Positions 1 to 10,243 of a DNA stretch of 64,000 nucleotides are shown piece after piece. The DNA lies in contig CAVYRH010000005.1 in the NCBI GenBank assembly GCA_963770835.1, positions 128,001 through 192,000 of the forward strand, read 5' to 3'. The notes beneath the pieces were generated by a model. It saw nothing but the letters and a program-made list of their open reading frames with translations, was not told the origin of the DNA and did no database searches. Origin of the DNA: an uncultured Pseudomonadota bacterium (GTDB lineage Bacteria; Oederibacteriota; Muellerivitia; Muellerivitales; Muellerivitaceae). The stretch's first letter is position 1; every line of letters begins with the position of its first letter. Position numbers and translations under genes: made by a program.

Positions 1-1
1 C

Positions 2-247
2 TTTGTGGAAAATCCGGCCGAAACGGGATTATCCTCACCTACTTTCGTGGCGGAGGTAGGACTGAGCGATGGTACGACCCGTGTTTTCAAGTTTGGTAAA
101 AGAGAAAAAGACAAGGTCTATTTGACCGTGAATAATGCAAAGGATATTTACTTGGTGCCCGACGGTGTGGTTTCCCAAATGGAAGGGTATTACAACACCA
201 TTCTCACGCCAGTTGCAGTTACAACTACCCCCGCCGCTCATAAATAA
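2..247 (+). CDS. C-terminal part of a DUF4340-like periplasmic domain protein (truncated by window edge)
   Basis: Open frame from the window start. The 'GLSSP...V...DG..R...FGK......YL.......IYLV' pattern resembles DUF4340 repeats. Confidence 0.5.
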   Translation, partial: FVENPAETGLSSPTFVAEVGLSDGTTRVFKFGKREKDKVYLTVNNAKDIYLVPDGVVSQMEGYYNTILTPVAVTTTPAAHK

Positions 248-336
248 AATTTTTTATTTATGCCTCGGGTTTGCCAAACCATTTTTAAAATTAGAACCGG
301 GAAACTTAAGAACCTTTAAGTGGTATAGTGTGCCCC

Positions 337-1095
337 ATGCCAGCCTCAACCACCGATCAGCCGAAATACCTTGTCCAACACCTCGTCGAATTGCGTCAAA
401 GGCTCATAAGATGCCTTGTCATTGTCGTCATTGGAATGGTAGCGGCATTCTGGAAATCGGTCTGGCTTTTTGAACTTCTTTTGCGCCCCTTCCACAAAAT
501 CCAGGATCAATTTCCAGACTTTGCCGCCCAGGTTCATTCCCTCCAAACCTTGACTCCCATCGAAGCTTTTATGATTAATATGAAGTTGGCCACGTTTGCC
601 GGATTGATCCTGGCTTCTCCCTTTATCTTAAGGGAAATTTGGGCCTTTTCCGTCCCCGCTTTGAAAACCAACGAGCGGGGAGCGATCCTCATGGTGTTTT
701 GTTTGGGCCTCTTTTTTTTTGCAGGGGGACTGGCTTTTGGCTATTTTGTGATCATCCCATTGGCGCTTCAATTCCTAGTACGGTACAACTTGGATTACCA
801 CTTCATCCCCCAATGGACCCTGCAGGGTTATTTCAGTTTCCTGGTGAATTTTCTCCTCGTCTTTGGGTGCCTTTTCGAACTGCCGCTCGTTTTAGCGGCC
901 CTGGTCAGCATTGGTGTGGCGACACCGGCGTTTTTGTCCCAAAAGCGTAAACACGCAATTGTGGGCATTTTCATACTAGCCTTCTTTGTCGCCCCAAGTG
1001 CCGACCCGATTAGCCAGACATTAGTGGCCTTGCCATTGATTGCGCTTTATGAAGTTGGGATTTGGTTGTCCTATTTAGCCGTTCGGAAGAGCTAG
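337..1095 (+). CDS. tatC: Twin-arginine translocase subunit TatC
   Basis: HLVELRQRL, P.EAF...MK, W.F..PAL..NER, FELP and DP.SQ...A.P...LYE motifs; about 6 TM segments. Confidence 0.95.
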   Translation: MPASTTDQPKYLVQHLVELRQRLIRCLVIVVIGMVAAFWKSVWLFELLLRPFHKIQDQFPDFAAQVHSLQTLTPIEAFMINMKLATFAGLILASPFILREIWAFSVPALKTNERGAILMVFCLGLFFFAGGLAFGYFVIIPLALQFLVRYNLDYHFIPQWTLQGYFSFLVNFLLVFGCLFELPLVLAALVSIGVATPAFLSQKRKHAIVGIFILAFFVAPSADPISQTLVALPLIALYEVGIWLSYLAVRKS

Positions 1096-1179
1096 CTGGC
1101 AGTTAACTTCGATTCCACGGGATTAAGCCTCTTTCGGAGCCAGCGGTGAACTGTCGTCCCGGAACTGGTTTTAGGTGCG

Positions 1180-1208
1180 TTGACTTTTCCCAATGAGGAG
1201 CTGATAAT
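1180..1208 (+). promoter_or_regulatory. Putative sigma70 promoter of fsa
   Basis: TTGACT-17 nt-GATAAT, upstream of a GGGAGG RBS. Confidence 0.5.
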
Positions 1209-1244
1209 TTCAAAAGAACTGAAGAGAAAAGGGAGGGAATCATT

Positions 1245-1904
1245 ATGAAGTTTTTCTTAGACACGGCCAACATTGATGAAATCAAACAAGGTGTCGCTTG
1301 GGGACTTGTGGACGGCGTCACTACAAATCCCTCCTTGGTAGCAAAGGAAGGCGTAAATTTTCACGCTCGTATCAAGGAAATTTGCGCCTTGGTCAATGGG
1401 TCGGTTTCTGCGGAAGTGACTGCAACCGATTACGACGGAATGATCAAAGAGGGCCATACACTGGCTAAATTGCACGACAATGTAACGGTGAAGGTGCCGC
1501 TCATTCCTGAGGGAATACAGGCCTGCCGCACCTTGACCCAGGAAGGCATCAAAGTTAACGTAACTCTTTGCTTTTCGCCTTCCCAGGCGCTTTTGGCCGC
1601 GAAGGCCGGGGCAACCTTTATTAGCCCCTTTGTAGGACGGCTGGATGATATTTCCGAGGATGGAATGAGGTTGGTAGGTGAAATCGTCCAAATCTACAAG
1701 AATTATGGTTTTCCTACACAGGTTTTAGCCGCTTCACTCCGGCATCCTCAGCACGTGGTGCAATCAGCCTTAATGGGAGCCCATGTGGGAACTATGCCTT
1801 TCGGAGTTATGAAAATGCTCTTTAACCACCCCCTGACGGATATCGGCCTGAAAAAATTTCTGGCTGACTGGGAAAAAGTTAAGGCTCAAGTGGCCCAAAA
1901 ATAG
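1245..1904 (+). CDS. fsa: Transaldolase / fructose-6-phosphate aldolase family (short type)
   Basis: [20 protein letters not shown] (Schiff-base Lys), [22 protein letters not shown]. Confidence 0.93.
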   Translation: MKFFLDTANIDEIKQGVAWGLVDGVTTNPSLVAKEGVNFHARIKEICALVNGSVSAEVTATDYDGMIKEGHTLAKLHDNVTVKVPLIPEGIQACRTLTQEGIKVNVTLCFSPSQALLAAKAGATFISPFVGRLDDISEDGMRLVGEIVQIYKNYGFPTQVLAASLRHPQHVVQSALMGAHVGTMPFGVMKMLFNHPLTDIGLKKFLADWEKVKAQVAQK

Positions 1905-1931
1905 GGGTTGCCTTCTAAAGTTCGGATTTCG

Positions 1932-1955
1932 GGGCGGCGAATGCCGCCCTTTTTT
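1932..1955 (+). terminator. Intrinsic terminator after fsa
   Basis: GGGCGGC-GAAT-GCCGCCC followed by TTTTTT. Confidence 0.85.
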
Positions 1956-1961
1956 ATTTAA

Positions 1962-2204
1962 ATGGGCGAGGAAAAATTTTTGGAAATTTCATACTTTGGA
2001 AAATGGTTGGCGGGACTGGGGTTGTTCCTGGTGGTATTGGGGGTATTTTTTTGGATGGCGGACAAGATCCCATTTTGGGAGCGGCTACCTGGGGACATTA
2101 AGATTGAAGATAAAGATTTTAAGTTTTATTTCCCACTTGTCTCCTGCCTTTTGCTTTCAGTGGTTGGTTCGCTGATACTTTGGGTGCTTTCGAAATTAAA
2201 GTGA
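1962..2204 (+). CDS. DUF2905 family small membrane protein
   Basis: RLPGDI.I....FKFYFPL.SCLLLS signature; usual neighbour of spoIID-queA. Confidence 0.85.
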   Translation: MGEEKFLEISYFGKWLAGLGLFLVVLGVFFWMADKIPFWERLPGDIKIEDKDFKFYFPLVSCLLLSVVGSLILWVLSKLK

Positions 2205-3403
2205 AAGTCCGCCACATTCTTTTATTCTTATTTTTGTTTTTGGGAGGATGTGCCACAGAACCCTTGATTTCTACCAGGGTTGGGGAAGTTTCCCCAAAGG
2301 CCCCTGATGAAACAGAAATAAACGAGAAAATCCGGGTTGCTATCGCTATTCATCAAATCTCAGTCCATCTGATGGCGCCGGAATCCTTTACCTTGTCCGG
2401 GTTCCCTTGGGAAACGCCGGTAATTTTCAAGAACGAAAAACAATACCATGAAACGACTTTGACATCCGACCAGCTTTATACACAAAGGGCCTATATTGAG
2501 CCATTGGGGGATGGACAAATCCAGGTGAATGGAAAAAGCTTTAAAGGATCCATGGAAATTATCGGTGAGCGGGAAGGCACGCTTACGGTGATTAATGAAC
2601 TTCCATTAGAGGATTACGTCATGGGGGTTCTAGCGGGCGAAATTCCACGCGACTGGCCCCTGGAGGCTCTCAAGGCGCAAGCCATTGCGGCTAGAACTTT
2701 CGCGGTGTTGAAGCGAACTGCGGCTCGTGAAAAGAACGAACTTTACGATTTAGAAAACACGGCCCAATTCCAAATGTACCAAGGGTCGGGCTTGGTGAAT
2801 GAAAAAATCCAGCAGGCTGTTCGGGAAACCCAAGGGCAGATCGCAACCTATGACTCCAAGCCCATTTCAGCCTTTTTTCATTCTAATTGTGGCGGTGAAA
2901 CCTGCGGAGCCATGGATGTTTGGAGCCAGGACAAACCTTATTTAAAACCTGTTACCTGCCCTTTTGGAAACAATGGAACCCATTTCCGCTGGCATGCTGA
3001 AATAGGGATCAGGGATTTGGTTCGCCAGCTACGTGGGGCGGGAATCAAGATTAGCGACATCGTTCGCTTGGAGGCCGTGGAAAAGGACGAGTCGGAACGG
3101 ATATTAAAACTTTCAATCATGGACGCGGACGGTTCCATTAAAACCATGAAGGGCGCGACTTTTCGCATGGCTGCAGGACCCGATATCATCCGCAGTACCC
3201 GATTTCGTGCCGAGGTCGGCCAAAACAAAGTAATTTTTAACGGAAAAGGTTGGGGCCACGGAGTAGGGTTGTGTCAGGAGGGAGCTTGTGGCATGGCACT
3301 GAAGGGTTACAATGCCTATGAAATCCTTCGGTATTATTACCACGGCATCATACTTGAAAAAATAAAAGACAATTATCAGCAATCGGTCATTGCTGACCCT
3401 TAA
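2201..3403 (+). CDS. SpoIID/LytB domain lipoprotein (lytic transglycosylase)
   Basis: GTG overlaps the upstream TGA. Lipobox LGGC; INELPLEDYV.GV..GE, EALKAQAIAARTFA, G.GWGHGVGLCQ.GA, IL.YYY. Confidence 0.92.
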   Translation: MKVRHILLFLFLFLGGCATEPLISTRVGEVSPKAPDETEINEKIRVAIAIHQISVHLMAPESFTLSGFPWETPVIFKNEKQYHETTLTSDQLYTQRAYIEPLGDGQIQVNGKSFKGSMEIIGEREGTLTVINELPLEDYVMGVLAGEIPRDWPLEALKAQAIAARTFAVLKRTAAREKNELYDLENTAQFQMYQGSGLVNEKIQQAVRETQGQIATYDSKPISAFFHSNCGGETCGAMDVWSQDKPYLKPVTCPFGNNGTHFRWHAEIGIRDLVRQLRGAGIKISDIVRLEAVEKDESERILKLSIMDADGSIKTMKGATFRMAAGPDIIRSTRFRAEVGQNKVIFNGKGWGHGVGLCQEGACGMALKGYNAYEILRYYYHGIILEKIKDNYQQSVIADP

Positions 3404-3430
3404 TCTTTAAAACAATGCGGGTGTAACTGG

Positions 3431-4474
3431 ATGCCAATGAAAACGAGTCTCTTTGATTATCACCTTCCCTTTGAAAAGATTGCCCAACGGCCCTTGAAGA
3501 AACGAGACGCTTCTCGAATGTTAGTGCTGGACCGTAAAACCGGAAGAGTAAGTCACAGCTTTGTTCGTGATCTTCCCAAATGGTTGTTACCTGGCGACCT
3601 GATGGTAGTCAATCAAACGAAGGTTTTTCCCGCGCGTCTTTACGCCATCAAGCCGGACACCGGTGCTAAATTGGAAATTTTCCTGTTGAGACCCGTTTTT
3701 CAAGATGCCTTGGAAGAATGGGAGACCCTCATTAGCCCCGCCAAAAGAATCCAGGGAAATCCGGTGCTGAAGTTAGAAGGGAAGGGTGAGGCTGCGGTCC
3801 TGGAATCCCTTGGAGAGGGACATTTTATTTTGCGGCTAAATCATGTAGGCAACGTCCGGAAATTTCTTGACCAAAATGGGCATATTCCCCTCCCACCTTA
3901 TATCAAACGAATGGACGACATCACTGACCGGACCCGATATCAGACCCTTTTTGCCAAAACGGAAGGTTCAGTGGCCGCTCCGACCGCTGGATTGCATTTC
4001 ACGAAATCCCTTTTGATAGAACTGAAAAGAAAAGGAGTGAGCCGAGCGGCGATCACTTTGCATGTGGGTTTGGGAACATTTCTTCCGGTGTCTTCCGACT
4101 ACTTGGACAAACATATTATGCATCCTGAGAAGTTCGAAGTGCCCAAATCGACGGCTTCTGTGGTTCACAAAACAAGACAAGGCCGGGGAAGGGTTGTGGC
4201 CGTGGGAACCACGGTGGTCCGTGCCCTGGAATCGGCGATGATGCCGGATGGTTCTTTTAAAACCGAAGAGGACGAAACCCGGCTATTTATTTCCCCGGGT
4301 TACGTCTTCATGGCTGTCGACGCACTTTTTACTAATTTCCATCAACCCCGGTCGACATTGCTCATGCTGGTATGTGCTTTCGCGGGAAGAGAAAGGCTTT
4401 TGGCGGCCTATGAAGAAGCTCTTCGGGAAGGATACCGGTTTCTCTCTTATGGTGACGCCATGTTGATTCTTTAA
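3431..4474 (+). CDS. queA: S-adenosylmethionine:tRNA ribosyltransferase-isomerase
   Basis: FDYHLP...IAQ.P, PLPPYI.R, YQT, GSVAAPTAGLHF, TLHVGLGTF, TNFH.P.STL, YRFLSYGDAM. Confidence 0.97.
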   Translation: MPMKTSLFDYHLPFEKIAQRPLKKRDASRMLVLDRKTGRVSHSFVRDLPKWLLPGDLMVVNQTKVFPARLYAIKPDTGAKLEIFLLRPVFQDALEEWETLISPAKRIQGNPVLKLEGKGEAAVLESLGEGHFILRLNHVGNVRKFLDQNGHIPLPPYIKRMDDITDRTRYQTLFAKTEGSVAAPTAGLHFTKSLLIELKRKGVSRAAITLHVGLGTFLPVSSDYLDKHIMHPEKFEVPKSTASVVHKTRQGRGRVVAVGTTVVRALESAMMPDGSFKTEEDETRLFISPGYVFMAVDALFTNFHQPRSTLLMLVCAFAGRERLLAAYEEALREGYRFLSYGDAMLIL

Positions 4475-4672
4475 AAAACTGTTTTTTTGCCTTTTTCAAT
4501 ATTTAGGTCAGAAAATCCACTCATGAGTGGGAGTTGTTTGTAAAATGCCTGTGCCCTCTATTGTAAGAAAATCCCTGCACGAGGTGGGATAGCCAAACCC
4601 AGGTCGAATGTTCGCCATCCCCACCGGCGCAAGAAATCCAAAAAGAAGCAAGCCTGGATTGCGACAGAAATA

Positions 4673-6844
4673 ATGACGCCCAAAAGGATTAAAAAGCAGG
4701 ATTTGATTCCGCTGGCACTTCTCTTTCTTTGTTGGACCCTCTTCAATTACAAGACTCTTTTCTTGGGACAAACGTTCGTTTTGGAGGATTCTTCCCGTTT
4801 TTTTTACCCGTTTTGGAAATGGGGGGCAGAGGTTTGGAGCCGGGGACTGATACCTCTTTGGAACCCGGACGCAGGATTTGGAACACCCTATCTTGCTGAT
4901 CCTCAGATGGCGGCTTGGTATCCGCCAAGCAGGCTTTTTTATTTTATTTTTTCTCCAACAAATGCTTTTACCTTTTTGATTCTTCTCCATTATTTGTGGG
5001 TCCTTTTGGGTTGTTGGGTCTTTGGCCGTACCCGCGGGTTTTGCCCCTGGGTTGTTCTAGGCAGTTGCCTCATTTTGGGGTTTTCCTTCAACGCGGTAAC
5101 CCTTTCCTGGGCAACACCCATGCTCTTTGCTTATTCTTGGGTTCCATGGATATTTCATGAAGTCGATTACTTGCGGGAATCCCGTAAGGGCTCCTTTCTG
5201 CTGCTTTCGTTGTTCCTAGCCCTGCAAATGGCAGCAGGTTATCCCCTTTTTTCTTATCTCACCTTGTTGGCACTGAGTTTGGAATGGTTTTTGATTCATC
5301 TGGAATCGGCGTGGAAAAGAAATTGGCTGAAAGAAGCGGGATTGGAAATGGGAGCTGTATTTCTGGCTGTGGGTTACAACGCAGCCTGGTTGTTGCCTTT
5401 TAAGGAATTTATTCCCTATAGCAACTTGGATACTCGTTTGGGATTATCCGAATTCTTAGACTGGACCGACTTAGCAACATGGATGAATCCTTTCTTCAAA
5501 GGACATCCCCTACATTCCCATCCAGAAGTCCCTTTTTCTGTAACCGTTTACTTTGTGGGTTTGCCTGGTTTGGTTGTTTTGGGCTGGGCTTCTTTATCTC
5601 GGAAGGTTGCCAAAGTCTCGCTGTCTTTCTTTCTCATTCTCTTAATCCTGAGTCTTGGCCCCACCGCATATCTGGGCGGATTGTTGAAAACTTTATTTCC
5701 AGGTTATGGTTTGATTGTTAGATCCGGTTACTGGATTCCGTTTGTAATTTGGGCATTGGCCCGGATTTTTATGGAAGTTGAAGGCCATTTAATCAAGATG
5801 ACAGAGAAGACTGAAGTTTGGGTTTTTATGACCCTTTTGATTTACTTTTTGGCGGTCATTATGGGTGTGCCATGGGAACTTTGGAGTCTCTGGTTGTCAT
5901 TTTTTTTTCTGCTTGGTGTCGGTTTTCAGAAGATTTTCACTTGGGAATGGAGGAGAACATTTCTAATCCTTTCCTTGCTTTTTTCCATGGGGCCGGTGGC
6001 TCAAAGCGTGAATTTTACGATGGAAAAGCCTTATTACAACGAACCACCTTTGGCTTTCTCGCAACTTTCCGCTCCTGGGCGTATTTATAATGCCCCTTCA
6101 GTGGAAGACTATTTTCGAAACGTTTCGGGAAACGGTGTGGCCGACGCCTACAAGAAACTAAAGGAGGCGATAGTTTCCAATTGGCCTCTTGCCTTCGGCT
6201 TTCAGGAAGTTGGTTATTCCAACGCTTTGTTCATGAAACCATTTCTTAATTGGTATTACGCACCGTTTTGGGATGGGGGTTCCCTCAAAATACTGGATTA
6301 TTTAAACAGCCGGTACGTGGTTGGATGGATGCCCGGCTTTAATGGCGTCAGCTTTATGTCGGCGGGCACAGTTCCGCTTTGGGAAAATCCTTCCGCTGAA
6401 CCGAAATGGCGTTCTTGCGACAAGGCTATTGCTGAAAATGATTGGAAGACGGATTTCGGAAAAATCAAAAAAAATGAGTTCGAATTTTCTAAGACTTGCT
6501 TTGTGTCTAATCCAACGATAGAGGGATTCTACAAACCACGCGTCGTTTTAGAAACCCAGGAAGGCCCCAATACAAAAAGCCTAAGAGCCGTCGGGAAAGG
6601 AAGAGCCTTGCTGATTTCAAGCGAGATTGACTATCCGGGTTGGAAGATGAAGGCGAACGGTATAAAAGGGAAAGTGGAAGAAGTGAACCATGGGTTCCAA
6701 GGTGTGGTGCTTGACCAGGGTCAGGGAATAGCCACCCTTTCTTACCAACCAACGACTTTTCGATTGGGAGCTTTTCTCTCTTTTTTGGTTTGCGCTGTTT
6801 GGGTTGGAATGGCACTTAAGATAAAGGCACATTCTCATGCATGA
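4673..6844 (+). CDS. YfhO-like polytopic membrane protein (putative GT-C glycosyltransferase)
   Basis: D...FFYP, G.IPLWNP....GTPYLADPQ...YP near the N-terminus; many TMs; C-terminal L.ISE..YPGW...NG and Y.P..F..G. Confidence 0.75.
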   Translation: MTPKRIKKQDLIPLALLFLCWTLFNYKTLFLGQTFVLEDSSRFFYPFWKWGAEVWSRGLIPLWNPDAGFGTPYLADPQMAAWYPPSRLFYFIFSPTNAFTFLILLHYLWVLLGCWVFGRTRGFCPWVVLGSCLILGFSFNAVTLSWATPMLFAYSWVPWIFHEVDYLRESRKGSFLLLSLFLALQMAAGYPLFSYLTLLALSLEWFLIHLESAWKRNWLKEAGLEMGAVFLAVGYNAAWLLPFKEFIPYSNLDTRLGLSEFLDWTDLATWMNPFFKGHPLHSHPEVPFSVTVYFVGLPGLVVLGWASLSRKVAKVSLSFFLILLILSLGPTAYLGGLLKTLFPGYGLIVRSGYWIPFVIWALARIFMEVEGHLIKMTEKTEVWVFMTLLIYFLAVIMGVPWELWSLWLSFFFLLGVGFQKIFTWEWRRTFLILSLLFSMGPVAQSVNFTMEKPYYNEPPLAFSQLSAPGRIYNAPSVEDYFRNVSGNGVADAYKKLKEAIVSNWPLAFGFQEVGYSNALFMKPFLNWYYAPFWDGGSLKILDYLNSRYVVGWMPGFNGVSFMSAGTVPLWENPSAEPKWRSCDKAIAENDWKTDFGKIKKNEFEFSKTCFVSNPTIEGFYKPRVVLETQEGPNTKSLRAVGKGRALLISSEIDYPGWKMKANGIKGKVEEVNHGFQGVVLDQGQGIATLSYQPTTFRLGAFLSFLVCAVWVGMALKIKAHSHA

Positions 6845-7952
6845 ATTTCAGGTGACATCCCGCGACCCCAAAACTTCTGCACGTTGTGGGATATTAAAAT
6901 TGACCCACGGGGAGGTCCAAACGCCTTGTTACATGCCCGTAGGCACTCAAGCTTCGGTCAAAGCCTTGTCATCCGAGGATGTTTTATCCTGTGGTTCCGA
7001 GATACTATTAGCCAATACCTATCACCTCATGTTGAGACCGGGGGCTGACCTTATTGAAAAGGCTGGTGGGCTCCACGCTTTTATGCATTGGGAAAAACCC
7101 ATTCTTACCGATAGTGGGGGGTTTCAGGTCTTCAGCCTGGCCGATTTAAGGAAAATAACGGAAAATGGGGTCCAGTTTCAATCGCACCTGGATGGGAGCA
7201 AATGGGAGATGACACCGGAATCGGCAACCGTGCTCCAACACCGTATCGGGGCGGACATCATCATGGCCTTTGATGAATGTATTCCTTACCCATCGCCTGA
7301 GGATTATGTGGACCAGTCGGTGGAGCGCACTACCCGTTGGGCCAATCGTTGCATTCAAGTCCATTCCCAATGTGGCCGCGATAAAACCCAAGCCCTTTAC
7401 GGTATTGTCCAAGGTTCCAATTTTCCCCACCTGCGGGAAAAAAGCGCTAAGCAACTTTTTGCCTTGGATTTTCCTGGTTATGCCATAGGGGGAGTATCGG
7501 TAGGTGAGCCTAAAGAAGTCATTTACGGTGTAGTGGAACAGACAGTGCCCTATTTGCCCCAAAACAAGCCCCGCTACTTGATGGGAGTTGGTACCCCGGA
7601 AGACCTTTGGGAATGTGTTGAACGCGGAATAGATCTTTTCGATTGCGTTATGCCCACTCGTATCGCCCGCAACGGCACAGCCTTGACTCAGAAAGGCAGA
7701 GTTATACTTAAAAATACCCAATATGCCTCAGATTTTACACCTTTGGATTCCCAATGCTCCTGCGAATGCTGCCGCAATTACACAAAGGCCTACCTAAGGC
7801 ATCTGTTTCAGGCCGAGGAGTTGCTGGTCCTTCGGTTGGTTTCGCTTCATAATTTAAGTTTTATGAACAAAATCACCTCGATGATTCGCAAGTCTATTGT
7901 GGAAGGGTGCTTTTTGGAGGCCAAAACCAAATTTTTTCAGTCTTACAGCTAG
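6837..7952 (+). CDS. tgt: tRNA-guanine transglycosylase
   Basis: TP.YMPVGT, LANTYHL, LTDSGGFQVFSL, GIVQG, PRYLMGVG, DCVMPTR, Zn site C.C..C...H. Confidence 0.97.
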   Translation: MHEFQVTSRDPKTSARCGILKLTHGEVQTPCYMPVGTQASVKALSSEDVLSCGSEILLANTYHLMLRPGADLIEKAGGLHAFMHWEKPILTDSGGFQVFSLADLRKITENGVQFQSHLDGSKWEMTPESATVLQHRIGADIIMAFDECIPYPSPEDYVDQSVERTTRWANRCIQVHSQCGRDKTQALYGIVQGSNFPHLREKSAKQLFALDFPGYAIGGVSVGEPKEVIYGVVEQTVPYLPQNKPRYLMGVGTPEDLWECVERGIDLFDCVMPTRIARNGTALTQKGRVILKNTQYASDFTPLDSQCSCECCRNYTKAYLRHLFQAEELLVLRLVSLHNLSFMNKITSMIRKSIVEGCFLEAKTKFFQSYS

Positions 7953-7998
7953 ACTTAAAACTCCCAAAACAATCAATTTGACTAAAAATTTGTGCTAG

Positions 7999-8027
7999 TT
8001 GACAAAAACAATTTAAGGGATTACCGT
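7999..8027 (+). promoter_or_regulatory. Putative promoter of the 91-aa ORF
   Basis: TTGACA-17 nt-TACCGT; a second TTGACTAAAA lies 21 bp upstream. Confidence 0.4.
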
Positions 8028-8044
8028 TTACCCAAAGGCGCTCC

Positions 8045-8320
8045 ATGGACAAAACGGCCCGCATACGGCACATCTTGGACACCCGTCTGACAACGGAAAC
8101 CCTCGACAAGATGTACCCCCCATCACGAGTTTTGGAAGAAGTGCTCCTCTCCCACGATGAACTAACTGGCAGGCATACGACGGTTTTTATTGATTTGTTT
8201 GAATTGGTTGGATCACTTGTTGAACTTGAGACAGGTGAAAGGTTGAGCGGTGACGCTTTAATGATTGTAAAGTCTCGCGTTGAAAATTTCTTGGTTCACC
8301 GTGGGTTTCGTTTGAAATAG
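8045..8320 (+). CDS. Hypothetical protein (91 aa)
   Basis: ATG with AAAGG upstream; fills the tgt-accA gap; no recognised motif. Confidence 0.6.
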   Translation: MDKTARIRHILDTRLTTETLDKMYPPSRVLEEVLLSHDELTGRHTTVFIDLFELVGSLVELETGERLSGDALMIVKSRVENFLVHRGFRLK

Positions 8321-8491
8321 CAATCCTAAGCCAAGCCTTTATTGATAGATCAATATTCCGAAGGCTTCGGAACATTTAATTTAAATTGATACTGTTCGCG
8401 ACAGGGTCTTACCGTCATTGGAAAGTAGCAATTTCGGTAAAAACGATCCCGGGTTTCTCTGCTCCTGCTTTAAGGAAGCCAAAGTTGAGCG

Positions 8492-8521
8492 TTGCGGCTT
8501 ATCCCACCCCCCGCCTATAAT
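8492..8521 (+). promoter_or_regulatory. Putative sigma70 promoter of accA
   Basis: TTGCGG-18 nt-TATAAT. Confidence 0.5.
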
Positions 8522-8555
8522 GGCCCCCTTATTCCAAGGGAAAGGTTTTTCTTAG

Positions 8556-9413
8556 GTGAAAACGTTCAAAACGATCGCCCATTCAAATGGCAAAAAGCCA
8601 AAGCAAGAGAACGCTCCCTCTGCGGCTTGGGTCAAAGTTCAGTTAGCCCGCCATCCCCAAAGGCCTTTTTCTTTGGATTACATACAACGGATTTTTACCG
8701 ATTTTAATGAAATCCACGGCGACAGGGCTTTTGGAGACGATCGCGCCATTGTCGCCGGGTTTGCCTATTTGGGCGAACAGCCGATTTTTGTAATTGGCCA
8801 ACAGAAGGGAAGGGACACCAAGGAAAATATAAAACGTAACTTTGGCATGCCCAATCCGGAAGGGTATCGGAAAGCCTTGCGGATCATGAGAATGAGCGAG
8901 AAGTTTAAAAAACCTATTATCATCTTCATTGATACCCCAGGCGCTTATCCGGGGCTTGGAGCGGAGGAAAGGGGACAGTCCGAAGCCATTGCCCGCAACT
9001 TATTGGAAATGGCGAAATTAAGGACTCCCATCATTGCGGTGGTCATCGGGGAAGGCGGCAGTGGAGGGGCATTGGGTATAGGCGTGGCCAACAAGGTTTT
9101 AATGTTGGAGAATTCAGTGTATTCCGTCATTTCTCCCGAAGGTTGCGCGGCCATCCTGTGGAACAACAGGGAAATGATCCAACAGGCCTCCGAAGTCCTC
9201 CGGCTGACAGCCCAAGACCTACTTTCGTTTAAGATTGTCGATGATATCGTTCCCGAGCCGGAAGGGGGAGCGCACCTGAACCATGATTTGGCGTCCATGA
9301 ATCTCAAGAAGGCCCTCGAAAAAAACCTAAAAACAATCATTGGTTTGTCTCCCAAAGCCCTGGAAGAACAGCGGTACCAGAAGTTCAGGGCCATGGGAGT
9401 ATTCCAGGACTAA
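8556..9413 (+). CDS. accA: Acetyl-CoA carboxylase carboxyltransferase alpha subunit
   Basis: [67 protein letters not shown]. Confidence 0.97.
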   Translation: MKTFKTIAHSNGKKPKQENAPSAAWVKVQLARHPQRPFSLDYIQRIFTDFNEIHGDRAFGDDRAIVAGFAYLGEQPIFVIGQQKGRDTKENIKRNFGMPNPEGYRKALRIMRMSEKFKKPIIIFIDTPGAYPGLGAEERGQSEAIARNLLEMAKLRTPIIAVVIGEGGSGGALGIGVANKVLMLENSVYSVISPEGCAAILWNNREMIQQASEVLRLTAQDLLSFKIVDDIVPEPEGGAHLNHDLASMNLKKALEKNLKTIIGLSPKALEEQRYQKFRAMGVFQD

Positions 9414-9469
9414 GCGTCCCGGGCCAGCGTCAATCCAAATAGTACTCAAGTGATAAGGTAAAAGAACCT

Positions 9470-10177
9470 GTGAAAGTAACTTACCTCTTAAAACCACTTT
9501 TATTAGTAATGTTGGTTTTGGCCCCCGCGTTCAGTTCGGCCAAACCGGTTATTGTGCTGGATGCGGCCCATGGCGGCAGCGACTCCGGCGTAAAAACCGG
9601 TTCGGAGGTGGAAAAAGATTGGAACCTTCGGCTGGCGATCGCTGTGGAAAAGGCTTTGGAGAGCGCGGGCTTCGAGGTGGTACAGATACGCCGGAAGGAT
9701 GAAACCATCCCCGTGGAGAAAAGGGCTGAAAAAATCAATACGGCCCAGGCCTCCGCTGTCTTGGTGATCCACGCGGACCGCGAATGGAACGGAACCCACG
9801 GCGGGCCAATGATTATTGTGGAACCGCCGACCCAGGGCGGGGAGGCCCTAGAAATATCACGGTGGGGTGTCATTACGCCTTATCAATACCGAGTTAGTTT
9901 GAAATTGGGCCGGGATATTGCCCAGGCTTTAGGGTTGGGCGGTGAACTCTCCAGTTTTTCGGACAGCCGGGGACTGGCCGGCGAGGCGCAGACGGATACG
10001 GCCCGCCTTTTTTGTCTTCCACACCAGAGTCTCCGGTATCTCACGCCTCCCGCGGTGGTCTTGACTCCTTTGTTTTTGTCTTACACCCCGGATGTTCGGA
10101 AATTTTCAACTGATGAGGCGATGACGGACTTCGCGGATAAGGTTGCTCGGGGCGTGGCTAATTTTTTGCAATACTAG
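9470..10177 (+). CDS. N-acetylmuramoyl-L-alanine amidase (Amidase_3) family protein, possibly inactive
   Basis: Signal peptide; IVLDAAHGG.D.G, EK..NL, R...IN, IHAD motifs. The catalytic Glu position reads PAVVLTP. Confidence 0.8.
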   Translation: MKVTYLLKPLLLVMLVLAPAFSSAKPVIVLDAAHGGSDSGVKTGSEVEKDWNLRLAIAVEKALESAGFEVVQIRRKDETIPVEKRAEKINTAQASAVLVIHADREWNGTHGGPMIIVEPPTQGGEALEISRWGVITPYQYRVSLKLGRDIAQALGLGGELSSFSDSRGLAGEAQTDTARLFCLPHQSLRYLTPPAVVLTPLFLSYTPDVRKFSTDEAMTDFADKVARGVANFLQY

Positions 10178-10243
10178 GTTTTCAAAGAAGCTGGTCGATC
10201 GTTTATTTTTGGAAGAGAAATCACTAAGGATCTTGCCGGTTCC

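Noticed and set aside
1096..1160. Possible three-way RNA fold between tatC and fsa
   Set aside because: The stems are short and imperfect, lie upstream of the predicted fsa promoter, and match no riboswitch consensus I know.
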